DNA of 64,000 nucleotides. It comes from Callorhinchus milii. Its lineage: Eukaryota. Both the position numbers and the translations under genes were made by a program. Of the stretch, positions 53,301 to 61,888 are shown piece by piece. Every line of letters begins with the position of its first letter. The first letter of the stretch is position 1. Below the pieces are notes generated by a model. That model was given only the letters and a program-made list of their open reading frames with translations, ran no database searches and was not told where the DNA came from. The stretch spans positions 69,752,001 through 69,816,000 of the forward strand of contig NW_024704742.1 in NCBI RefSeq assembly GCF_018977255.1, written 5' to 3'.

Positions 53301-56300
53301 GGAAAGATGGCAAAGGGTTAAAAAAGGTGGGTCAACAATCTGCTTCAAAAATACAACAACTTGGATTCATGCCCTCCCTACCTGAAAGGCTCGAAATAAA
53401 TGTGAATTTGTATTATAATTTGTATTGTTGTATAGTGCCTTTTGCATCAGGTAATGTCTCAAAATGTTACATAGACAATCACGGATACTAAGCAGGAAAG
53501 GTGGGGAGGGGAATGAAAGAAGTTCCACAGTCAAAGAAAGAGAATTTCAAGAGACTTTTAAACAATAAAATTACATAATACAGCACCTTTCCCGTCAGAT
53601 GGACATCCCAAGGCACTGGAAAGTGGCTTGAAGACAGTGGAGAGGAAGCAGATGGAGCGATTTTGGGAGGGAGCTGCAGAGAGTAGTAGCATCGTAGCCT
53701 ATACATTTTTATAGCTCCTTTTGCATTGTGAGGCCCTTATGAAGCACTGAATAATGCGACAGGGCACGTGAGCTAGGAGAGGGAGGCGAGAGGGTTTGGG
53801 AGGGGAAAGGTGACCAAAAGCATGGTCAAAGAGGTACATTTAAACAGTAAACACAGTGCATAGTAAACCTGATTGATTCATCAGACGAGATTCAATCTAG
53901 CCCACAAACCAAGAGCAGCCAAGGAAATTAAACAGGGAGAGGGGTTGGTGGGTGCAGTTCCACACATCCGACCTGAACGCCCTAATTAAGAGACTCACCT
54001 ATCTTGCTGGGACACAGGATCTGATGTTTCTCCTGTTGCTGAAATTCTGAAGAAGCCGTCTGACACACGAAGGAGGTGACATTCCAGGAGCAGTGCATTA
54101 CTGGGCTGGCATCAACGCACTCGCTCTGCTGAGTGAGCGCCTCACAAGTGGCTGGGGTGAAGGTCAGCACGTCGCTCAGCAGCAGGCTGTTGAAACCACC
54201 GAAGATGTACATCGTCCTACAACAGAGGGAAAGAGCAAACGAAACATTAAGAACTCCTGTAATCCTCCTGGCTACTTCGTCAGTCTGATGGCACTTTCAC
54301 CTCTGGGTCAGAAGGTTGTGGACTCAAGGGGGATGGAGGAGGGAGCGCTACGATGTTGAAGATGTTCCAGATACAAATAGCCGTTCACTTCACGCTGACT
54401 GTTTGCAGGATGGTGCCGAACAGATTGGCTCCTGCATTCATCCACAATATACAACAACTACTTACATTTATATAACACCCCCAAACCCAGGGTTGCATCT
54501 CAGAGGTCTTGACAGTGGCAGAGCCTGATGCAGAGCCAGGAGGTTGGGGTGGGAGGGAGGAGGTGACCTTAGACAAAGATCTTCAGGCACAACCTAGAGA
54601 TGGGGAAGGCGGGGGCAAGGCGGAGGGATTAAGGGAGAGTGTTCCAGAGTTTCAGAGCAAAGTGGCTGAAAGCGCGCCTGCTGATGGTGAAGTAGAGGGG
54701 ACAAGGGACAAGTAGGAGGCCGGAGCCAGCCGAGCAAAAGCAACAGAATAATAGTCACTGAATAATTAAACAGGAGGCGTCCCTCAACAGAAAGATTGCA
54801 CATTCTATTGCAGGTATAGGGAGGTTTCCATATGTACATGGCTATATAAATGTAAATTTTTAATAATAATCCTTGCATTTGATAATAGCGCCTTATCACG
54901 TCATTGAGACGTCTCAAAGTGCTTCACAGAATATTCTGTAAAGTGAATTGAGTGTATATTTTGTGGGTGAAACAAATTGTCAACGTCTATGGAACTTTCG
55001 GCCCAGTTTTGATACTCTTAAGCTCAGTGATCCAGTTATCTCTGGAATTTCCATGTGTAAGTGAATTCTCAGTTTGGTGATGGGTTTTTTCATGTGTCAA
55101 GACACTCGGCTGAACAAACAAACAAACAAAAAGTTAAATAAATAAATAATAATTTAAAAAAAGCTGTGATAGGCTTCCCTGTGCACAAAGACATCTCGCT
55201 GACCAAAAAGATACCCCGAATCTCTTACCCATTCACGAACACAGCCGAGTGACCAAACCGGTGAGGAAGATCAGGTGCAGGCAGCACATACCACTCGTCG
55301 CAAGCTGTAACCGAACAAAAGGCAATCAGTCAACCACACAATAATTTACGTCCTTCAATCGAGACATTAAATTGAGGTCCCGTCCCATCTTCCTCTCCAG
55401 GTGGACGTTTAGGATCCCATGGCAGAATTCGAAAAGAGCCTTAGAACATCCTCCCAATATGAAAGGCCCTGTACAAATGTAATTTGCTGTTGTTGAGAAG
55501 GGTTTCTCCCCATGTCCTGGCTAATAACTTTCAAATAAAACTGGTCACTCATGTCATGGCTCTTTGTGGGACACTGCTGTGCGCAAATTGGCTGCTGTGT
55601 TTGCCCACAAAACATACAGTCACTACAATTTACAGCATATCCTGTGGAGCTTGAAACGTCTCAATGATGTGATAAGGTGCTGCATCAATCCACTGAAGGC
55701 TGCTCCAGTGGCTGAACCTGCAAAGTACCCACCGGCTGCCACAAAACTCGGGACTTCTGAATCTGACTTCATTTATCTTACATCTAGCACTCAGCCCAAT
55801 GTACTTGTAAAAAGAATCCTCACTCTGAATGCAGCAAAGTAACTGAGAGCCTGGGCTGAATAATGCACATAAGTGCAGTGTTCACTCTCTCAATTCAGTC
55901 TCTGCACATTCACTGCCCCTCGTGGTCAGTTTCGAGCATTCAGGAACACTACCCTGTGTGAGCGGCACTATGTAAATACACATTGTTGTATTTGTAGGTT
56001 GTACTGGTTCTGAATGGTCCACTGGAATAACACCACCCGCATCCTGACTCTCACATCCCATCATGGCCTCGCTTTTGCCTATCGGTCATCTCCAGCCTTA
56101 ATCTCTCTCCTGTTCTCTTCTAAATGTGGTCCAGTGCTCGCCCCTCACTTCCGGTCGGAAACTTCAACAACAATAACTTGCACTTCTATAGCATTCCCCA
56201 AGCAGGGTAGGTAGTGTTCCAGAATGCTTAACTTCAGCCACAGTCGCCCCACTCGGCTCCCAAAATTCCCTCTCTCTCCCCCTTTTATTGCCTTCGAAAC

Positions 56301-59300
56301 CCTCCTTTACCGACTGACTGTGCTGGAGCACAATCCCTTACTCTCCTCCCTGGCTGCTGTCTCTTTTAAGTGCTCCAAGATATTCATCCTACCCGAGAGA
56401 CGTTGTGTAAGTTCAAGGAGTTGTACCGTCCCAATGCCAGCAGCGCAATCAATCACTCAATTTTCTGGTGACTACACTTTTTCATCAATTAAATTAGAAA
56501 AGCACTGATTGGAATTTAATGGCTCAAATGGAGTTAAACAGGTATTCCCAATGTTACAGTTAGCAGAAAGTACTTCGATAGTATTACCTCAAACATCAAA
56601 TTAGCTGGATCCACTTCACTGCTCTAGTACTATTAGTGCTGTAAACTTGACAAGAAGAACATACAAATGCAGAGGATCAATCACCACCCGCCAAGTTACT
56701 AAATGCAATTTTGTGCTATCACTTAGTGTGCACAAAGCAAGACAAAACCCCGCCAGAGCTTGTTCTGGCAACAATGCTCTCCTCGGAGCCTCGTAAAGAG
56801 ATTCCTGTCTGTGTTCCAGTTCACGTTCCCATTTCAATAACAAGCAAGAGTTATGCAAAGCTTTCTCGCACCGAGAGCTTTGAAAGGAACCATTCTGAAA
56901 AACCAAGGAAGACAAAGGCAAAGGCGGAAAGCAAGTTAACAGACGTACGAGCGGGTGGGAGGAGAGATGGAGTGAGAGATGGAATGATGCCCAGTTTGTG
57001 CTGCTAGAAGTCGAGAGATCGCTTCCAGCAGAAAAGCAAGTCAGAGCAGTCGGCTAAATTTAGATTGCCTCATTCTAACAGCATTGGGTTGGAGACTGAA
57101 AGTGGTTCTGCACACAATGTAACTGAATACACATGAAGAATTCAGCTATCGAGTGGTTACCTATCTTCAACGCAGATAACATTGCTTTAAATAGAATTAA
57201 TGAGGGACAGCTCTTTTGTCAATGTTTCCCGACAAAGCTCTCGAGAAATCTTTATTCATTCAAACAATATTGAGCTGATGATAGTACTTTGCAGGATTTA
57301 GTGCAAAGTGCCAGTGCTTTGGATCCCACAACTCATCACACTGCGCTGCATCAACCAGCAGAAAGCAGCCCGAATGCTCCTTCCATCACCGTTTGTTAAA
57401 GGAGGAGAGGGAGAGAGGCAAGCAATCCAGGCACTTCACTGTGCACAAAATCAATGCCGCATCTGCCTTAAAAACAGTCACTATGCGACTATGATGACGG
57501 TGAAACGCTTTGAGGGGTTTCAATTTTGAAGATACTACATAAAAAATATAGTTTGTTCCTTCTTCCTGCTGAATGCATTCTGCACAGGAATGGAGCTGCT
57601 GCCCTCTGGCGGCATCTTTTTGCACTTAACCCCGTTGCTCAGGTCACAGCAAAGTCAGCACATTAATTAAACTATACCTCTCTGTTTAATTGAGCAGAAA
57701 GCATTGCTGATTGACTATTAGCCCTCCAGCATTCAGACACTTAAAACACAATTAAGGAACCTTTTTAACTAATTTATCAGCAATTACAAGGGAAAGGGAA
57801 GACGAGCAAAGAGGCTGATAAAAGACGTGAAACTCAAATTTCCTCCATCTTGCATTGCAGTAGAATGCTACAATCTGCCAGGCAAGGCAAAGCAAACACA
57901 CAGTGTCAGGGTCATCAAGGGAACCTCAACACACCAGCTGACATGCACACACACGTTCTCTCTTCATTCCAAATGCATCGCTCTGTCTCTCACTTTCTAC
58001 TCATCTTTCCCACGTCATTATCGTTTTATTGGCTGCTGCATTTTGCCCACAACAAGCACAGTCAATCCACTTTCTAATATATTCTGTGAAGTGCTTTGAG
58101 ACGTCTCAATGACGTGATAAGGCACTGTATCAAATGCAAGGATTATTATTGTTAACTCCTGATAACTCGACTTAAGTCATCAAGCTGTCAATATCCCGGC
58201 AGCATTTATTTATGTAGTTATACATATGCCTAACTCACCACTTCTGATAAATCGTCACTGAGCCCTTTTCCTTGGAGTGACTAGCTTTCAGGGGTTTACT
58301 GTATACGCTCTTTGGAAAGGGAGGGATATTGGCTGCTGCGTTTTACCCACAAAAAATACCATCAATTCACTTTACATATGTTCTGTGTTTTGAGCATGTT
58401 AAAGCGCATTGAGAGCTCTCAACGACGTGATAAGGCACTATATCAAATGCAAGAATTTTTATTATAAGGTAAAGTAGCAGGTCCCTGGAGCTGAATAGTA
58501 AGAAAGTAGTGACAACAAAAAGCAAATAGGAGAATTTATAATAATAATAATCCTTGCCTTAGCAACCTTTCCCCACCCCCAGCTCAGGTGTAAGCCTTAG
58601 ACGACAATTTAAATTTGTATTGTATTGCATTTGACATAGCGCCTAATCACGTCATCTAAACATTTCACAGGATTCAATGCAAAGTTCAGTAACTGTGTAT
58701 TTTGGAGCCAAAAGTGGCAACAAATTGATAAACACCAATCTAAATAATGCATAACCATCTTACCAAGGTCATAAGCCATGAAGTCTGAAGAAAAGCACTT
58801 GGCTCCATGGCTCATTGACGTGTCGTTGTGGGTATTGCCGCCAAACACCATCATTGTCCCGCTCACGATGACGGCCGTGTGCAGGTAGCGAAAGAAGCCC
58901 CCGTCCTTCAGGATTTTCCTTGAAAGCAAAAGAAAGGGCATCAGTTTCTTCCTGTTCCAGTCAATAAAAGCAACTTGCATTTATATAGCACCCTTCACAG
59001 CGCAACGTCTCAAGAGCGCTAAACAGCAGCGGAGTCTGAAGTCAAGCCAGGGGAAGTAAGCACGGTCAAAGTGGGAGATCTTCAGTCGTGATCTAAAAGA
59101 GGGGATGGAGGGGGCCAGGCGAAGGGATTAGGAGAGTATTTCAAAACCTTGGGGCGTAGTAGCTGAAAGCACAAACCTACCTGAAAGCTGTGAATGCACT
59201 GTGTACTGTAAATATTTTACCGCACAGAAATAAGGATAATCCTTGCATTGCATTCACGGTCTGTCACATCTGGAGGCTGCCTCCGTAAATACCTCTTTTG

Positions 59301-61888
59301 ACTGCTCTTTCGATCATCTTTCCCCTCCCCCACCCCCCTCAGCTTCCACCACCAACTCGGGTACTAACCGGGGATTGCTAGGCCCTTGGGAAATGCAAGG
59401 ATTATTAAATAAAAGCAAACATCACAAATATGCCAAACAACTGTTCCACTAAATGTTTAGTGCGGGCACCAATATTAAATGAAATAAATAAGCTACTCAC
59501 CACGTTTGAAAATCCACTTGATACTGGTACAAGTCGTCCGTGAGGCCGTACTTGTTAGCACTGAAAGCTTTGTATCCACCGTGTACGTAAATAGCTCTGG
59601 TCGTGGGGTCGTAAACACTGCTGTGGCCATACCCTCCTTGAACTAAGGCTCCTTTTGTTTGCAGGATATCCCACGTGTTTTTAACTGTTTGAAGCAGAAA
59701 GGGACCAGCGTTCAGTCCAGTGGTTATAACTAGACCCCAGGGAAGTTACTTTCATTTTTTATAATTTTTGTTCTTTTTGTTTCAAATGTTTTATTTCTTT
59801 TTATTTCCTCTGGCCCATTTGCAAAGTTCTGGATCACCCTGCAAGACAAAGCCCTAACGGGTAGGGTGGTCCTGGCGGGACAAGCTGCGGGAAATCTTGC
59901 AAGACAGCGAGTTTTAGCTGGTTAGACTCCAGGAGTTACCCCAACGCACACTCTGGGGTCCCCAAGCCATGGCTCTCACCAACCGGCGCCTAATATTTTC
60001 TGGAATTAGGTAATCAGGATGTGCCCCTCCAGGGAGAGAGCCCATTCCATTCCAACAATCCATCTCTGGGATTTCCGTGTGTAGGTGGGATCATGGAAAT
60101 GTCAGTTTGGTTTGGATACTCTTAAGCATCGTGATAGGTTTCTGCAAGTGTCAGACACTCGGCTGACCAAAGATTTGCACCTGCACCACTCCAGTGTGGC
60201 TACCAGATGGTTCAAGGGAGAGAAGTTACAATGTTACACTTCCATTTATGTTCACCACCTTTATTTCCCCTGACAATACTCACCAAGGTTGTACTGCTGG
60301 ATGTTGCTGATGTAGCCAAAGAGAGGACAGTGCCCAAAGATGACAAGCATGACACTGCCGCTTCTGAACTGCACAATGTGAGCTGAGTGGCCGACCACAG
60401 CGTACTGCTGCTTGGCTTTGGGAGTCACCTGCACCCAGGACTGATTGTGAACGTGGAGCACCCACAACTGCTTGGTGATGTTCCCAGATAAATCAATTTT
60501 GCCTCCGTACATGTAAATTTTATCCTGAAACATACCACAGTGTTAAGGTGGTCAGCTTGGCCACGGGCTATACAGGTCGAGGAGACATAATTACGAACAC
60601 AATACACGACACACAGCATGACATGTGTCAACAAATCCCTCCCTCTCCCCAAAAATTATACATTGGTCACTCAATCCACGACTGTTTGTGGGACGCTGTT
60701 GTGCGCAATTGGCTGCCGCATTACACCCACAAAATATAGTTAATTCACTTTACAGCATCTGCTGTGATGCGCTTTGAGACGTCTCAATAACATGATTAGG
60801 CGCTATATCAAATGCAAGGATTATCAATGTAAAGGGGAATGGTCATGATTTGCACAAAGTAGGATGGGTTCTCTTTTCAACCACGCGTTTGGTCATTTTC
60901 CTCACCTCCGAGTCGGCTCTGTGAAAGGCTTCGAGATGTCCTCCTGACATGAAAGATGCTGTGTAAATGTCAAATTGTTGCTGTCGTAGGCAGTAATCTC
61001 AGCCAAAAGCAACAGTGCAAGTATCTGTCACATTCGGGGAACACAGAGGAACTTGGGAGATTTTTTTACTTCTGCATCAACAAGCAAGTCAGATTTACTT
61101 AATGCAATCTGGCTCAGAATGTGATGGTCCACTCTGCACTTGACCTTCCCCAAAGTCTCAGGCTGAAATGTTGCTGTGTGGTGCAATACTAAAACAGGAG
61201 CAAATCATAGGTGGAAAAAGACTTTAAACCGCTCTGCATTTCTAATGTTACATACAGAGGATAGGATTCCAACCATCTACTTTGAATAATAATACTTGCA
61301 GTTGATATAGCATCTTATCACACCATTGAAATGTCCCAAAGCGCTTCACTATGTAAAGTGAATTGTAAATTGTATATTTTGTGAGCGAAACACAGCAGCC
61401 AGTTGCACACAGCAATGTCCCATAAACAGTTCTGGATTGAGTGACCAACTTTCCTTTCTTTTCGGAGGCATTTTTACCCCCAGAAAGTGATTTGCCATTC
61501 GACTAACAGTTGGGTTTCTACTTACTGATAGATAAACAGAGGCGTGTGGAGTAAGGAAACTTGTCTAAGGTTTCACCCTGCCTGGGAATCGAACCTCGCT
61601 TGTGAGGTGAACGTGACAACTACTACCCTATGGGACTTGAAATGCCAAATGGTTGATTTCAGTGCTGTGACTGAAATTCTGTGAAATGATAGAGTACTGA
61701 ACAAACTGGTTAGCACAAGGGAGGGAGCGAAATAAAGAGCACTGTGCAAAGTTTGCATGTGTCCTCTCTTAAAGCCGATGATTCCCAAAAAGAATATTAC
61801 CTCGTGCAAAGCCACGGAGTGCCCGTACCGTCCCATCGGTGTGTTCACCAATTTCAATGGAAGCCACTTCAAACTCCTCAGGTCATAT
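5249..61888 (-). CDS. ATRN: Attractin, partial multi-exon gene (19 internal coding exons; 5' and 3' ends outside the window)
   Basis: 19 GT-AG exons splice into one uninterrupted frame (2709 nt). Motifs [50 protein letters not shown] and NFTWPIKIQ match ATRN as I recall it better than the paralogue ATRNL1. Confidence 0.93.
5984..6304 (+). mobile_element. Young tRNA-derived SINE (same subfamily)
   Basis: Full head TGGAGTCCTGTAGCTCAGTGG through tail GGATTATTATT; near-identical reverse complement of 4270-4598. Confidence 0.9.
19050..19830 (-). mobile_element. L2 3' fragment; other L2 3' fragments at ~420-700(-), 14780-15200(-), 27950-28340(-), 29300-29600(-), 30260-30630(-), 31240-31775(+), 38270-38575(-), 45380-45850(-), 52090-52280(+), 52840-53140(-), 54455-54730(-), 61950-62200(-)
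   Basis: [35 protein letters not shown] motifs and L2 tail. Confidence 0.85.
19838..23772 (-). mobile_element. Decayed near-full-length CR1-clade LINE (ORF1 esterase-like, APE endonuclease, RT), interrupted by an L2 fragment at ~21070-21500
   Basis: Fragments ISGLLPVP...[13 protein letters not shown] (ORF1), [32 protein letters not shown] (APE), [48 protein letters not shown] (RT); many frameshifts. Confidence 0.88.
21070..21500 (+). mobile_element. L2 3' fragment nested in the CR1
   Basis: QRIQFKI...[10 protein letters not shown] remnant plus L2 tail hairpin and (TTG)n. Confidence 0.85.
23773..24135 (-). mobile_element. L2 RT fragment
   Basis: [24 protein letters not shown]. Confidence 0.85.
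24174..24441 (-). mobile_element. Young SINE, 5'-truncated, sense to ATRN; contains AATAAA at 24358-24363
   Basis: Near-identical to 4270-4598 from the tail to ...CCTGCCTGGAA; A-box head missing. Confidence 0.9.
24541..24698 (-). CDS. ATRN: ATRN exon ~24, last fully extracellular exon: [31 protein letters not shown]...NFTWPIKIQ
   Basis: aacag acceptor, CAG|GTTAGT donor, 158 nt, phase 1 to 0. Confidence 0.93.
24998..26925 (-). mobile_element. L2-clade LINE, 5'-truncated and internally deleted (endonuclease C-terminus fused to RT C-terminus, intact 3' tail)
   Basis: ORF 25347-26954 contains PLDLVITR...SDPHFISF (APE end), [35 protein letters not shown]; tail TTGGGACGTCCTCCCAACGTGAAAGGCGC...(TTG)n. 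Confidence 0.9.
27272..27350 (-). CDS. ATRN: ATRN exon ~23: [26 protein letters not shown]
   Basis: tttcag acceptor, G|GTAAG donor, 79 nt, phase 0 to 1. Confidence 0.93.
29125..29219 (-). CDS. ATRN: ATRN exon ~22: [32 protein letters not shown]
   Basis: ggcag acceptor, GAA|GTGAGT donor, 95 nt, phase 1 to 0. Confidence 0.93.
29929..29981 (-). CDS. ATRN: ATRN exon ~21: [17 protein letters not shown]
   Basis: ttgcag acceptor, T|GTAAGT donor, 53 nt, phase 2 to 1. Confidence 0.92.
33080..33750 (-). mobile_element. CR1 3' fragment; other CR1 3' fragments at ~1180-1430(+), 8290-8940(+), 9095-9322(+), 10780-12020(+), 28700-28915(-), 41140-41530(-), 43030-43460(+), 49140-49560(-), 50150-50490(+)
   Basis: [33 protein letters not shown] and CR1-type 3' UTR tail. 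Confidence 0.85.
33872..33965 (-). CDS. ATRN: ATRN exon ~20 (laminin EGF): [32 protein letters not shown]
   Basis: ctgcag acceptor, CT|GTAAGT donor, 94 nt, phase 1 to 2. Confidence 0.93.
34560..34697 (-). CDS. ATRN: ATRN exon ~19 (laminin EGF): [19 protein letters not shown]...[10 protein letters not shown]
   Basis: ttccag acceptor, G|GTAGG donor, 138 nt, phase 1 to 1. Confidence 0.93.
36430..36860 (+). mobile_element. Ancient DeuSINE-like element (SacSINE1/AmnSINE-type body); related copies at ~9700-10070(-), 14390-14690(+), 16975-17300(+), 47395-48170(-)
   Basis: Head GCACTCTTGCCTCCGAGTCAGAAGGTTGTGG, GCTGCATTGTTGGAGGTGCTGTCCTTCAGATGAGAC segment, Deu-like core; family name from memory. Confidence 0.7.
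37203..37424 (-). CDS. ATRN: ATRN exon ~18 (PSI): [22 protein letters not shown]...NWSFIQCP
   Basis: (CT)n-cttag acceptor, G|GTTGGT donor, 222 nt, phase 1 to 1. Confidence 0.93.
39715..39754 (-). repeat. Tandem duplication (period 22) of the exon ~17 splice donor
   Basis: TAATGGACTACTCACGTG at 39715-39732 and 39737-39754. Confidence 0.9.
39752..39937 (-). CDS. ATRN: ATRN exon ~17 (PSI): [21 protein letters not shown]...[16 protein letters not shown]
   Basis: ttgcag acceptor, C|GTGAGT donor, 186 nt, phase 1 to 1. Confidence 0.93.
40802..41129 (-). mobile_element. Young tRNA-derived SINE (full length)
   Basis: Differs from 4270-4598 at only a handful of positions. Confidence 0.9.
46006..46225 (-). 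CDS. ATRN: ATRN exon ~16 (C-type lectin, C-half): [24 protein letters not shown]...NGSVCERP
   Basis: ttttag acceptor, G|GTACG donor, 220 nt, phase 0 to 1; WVGL CTLD motif. Confidence 0.92.
47138..47319 (-). CDS. ATRN: ATRN exon ~15 (C-type lectin, N-half): [16 protein letters not shown]...[16 protein letters not shown]
   Basis: acacag acceptor, TTG|GTGAGT donor, 182 nt, phase 1 to 0. Confidence 0.92.
48394..48532 (-). CDS. ATRN: ATRN exon ~14 (PSI): [36 protein letters not shown]...CIPLP
   Basis: tcacag acceptor, G|GTAGG donor, 139 nt, phase 0 to 1. Confidence 0.92.
49608..49726 (-). CDS. ATRN: ATRN exon ~13 (PSI): [26 protein letters not shown]...TDDS
   Basis: cacag acceptor, AGT|GTAAGT donor, 119 nt, phase 1 to 0. 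Confidence 0.92.
52480..53131. repeat. Local inverted duplication of ~145 bp (52480-52626 vs 52988-53131)
   Basis: Arms share CTCTCTCAGTGGGCAGTGGTCTGCTTCATGTCCCCCACCCTACCTG and CTCTGGAACTCGATTCTGGAG in reverse complement. Confidence 0.8.
53999..54216 (-). CDS. ATRN: ATRN exon ~12 (kelch end/PSI): [16 protein letters not shown]...CPSKI
   Basis: gtag acceptor, G|GTGAGT donor, 218 nt, phase 2 to 1. Confidence 0.92.
55229..55304 (-). CDS. ATRN: ATRN exon ~11 (kelch): [26 protein letters not shown]
   Basis: ttacag acceptor, GG|GTAAG donor, 76 nt, phase 1 to 2. Confidence 0.9.
57597..57613 (-). promoter_or_regulatory. Candidate CTCF site
   Basis: Reverse complement GCCGCCAGAGGGCAGCA matches the CTCF core consensus well. 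Confidence 0.5.
58764..58918 (-). CDS. ATRN: ATRN exon ~10 (kelch): [16 protein letters not shown]...SSDFMAYDL
   Basis: tttcaag acceptor, G|GTAAG donor, 155 nt, phase 2 to 1. Confidence 0.93.
59501..59684 (-). CDS. ATRN: ATRN exon ~9 (kelch): [25 protein letters not shown]...DFQTW
   Basis: aacag acceptor, TG|GTGAGT donor, 184 nt, phase 1 to 2; not in the ORF track, translated by hand. Confidence 0.93.
59900..60172 (-). repeat. Unrecognised dispersed repeat; homologous pieces at 26947-27180 (opposite orientation), 32690-32765, 44700-44770, 55000-55115
   Basis: Shared blocks TTGGTCAGCCGAGTGTCTGACA...AAACCTATCACGATGCTTAAGAG, CCACCTACAC, CTCTCTCCCTGGAGGG...CCTGxTTACCTAAT, GGACCCxAGAGTGTGC; strand label arbitrary. 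Confidence 0.7.
60284..60524 (-). CDS. ATRN: ATRN exon ~8 (kelch): [11 protein letters not shown]...YAVVGHSAH...QQYNL
   Basis: tttcag acceptor, G|GTGAGT donor, 241 nt, phase 0 to 1. Confidence 0.93.
61801..61888 (-). CDS. ATRN: ATRN exon ~7 (kelch): [29 protein letters not shown]
   Basis: acag acceptor, GAG|GTAAT donor, 88 nt, phase 2 to 0; RYGHS kelch motif. Confidence 0.9.

Noticed and set aside
5249..61888. Assignment as ATRNL1 rather than ATRN
   Set aside because: Diagnostic residues ([44 protein letters not shown]) favour ATRN by recall; a phylogeny with both paralogues would be decisive.
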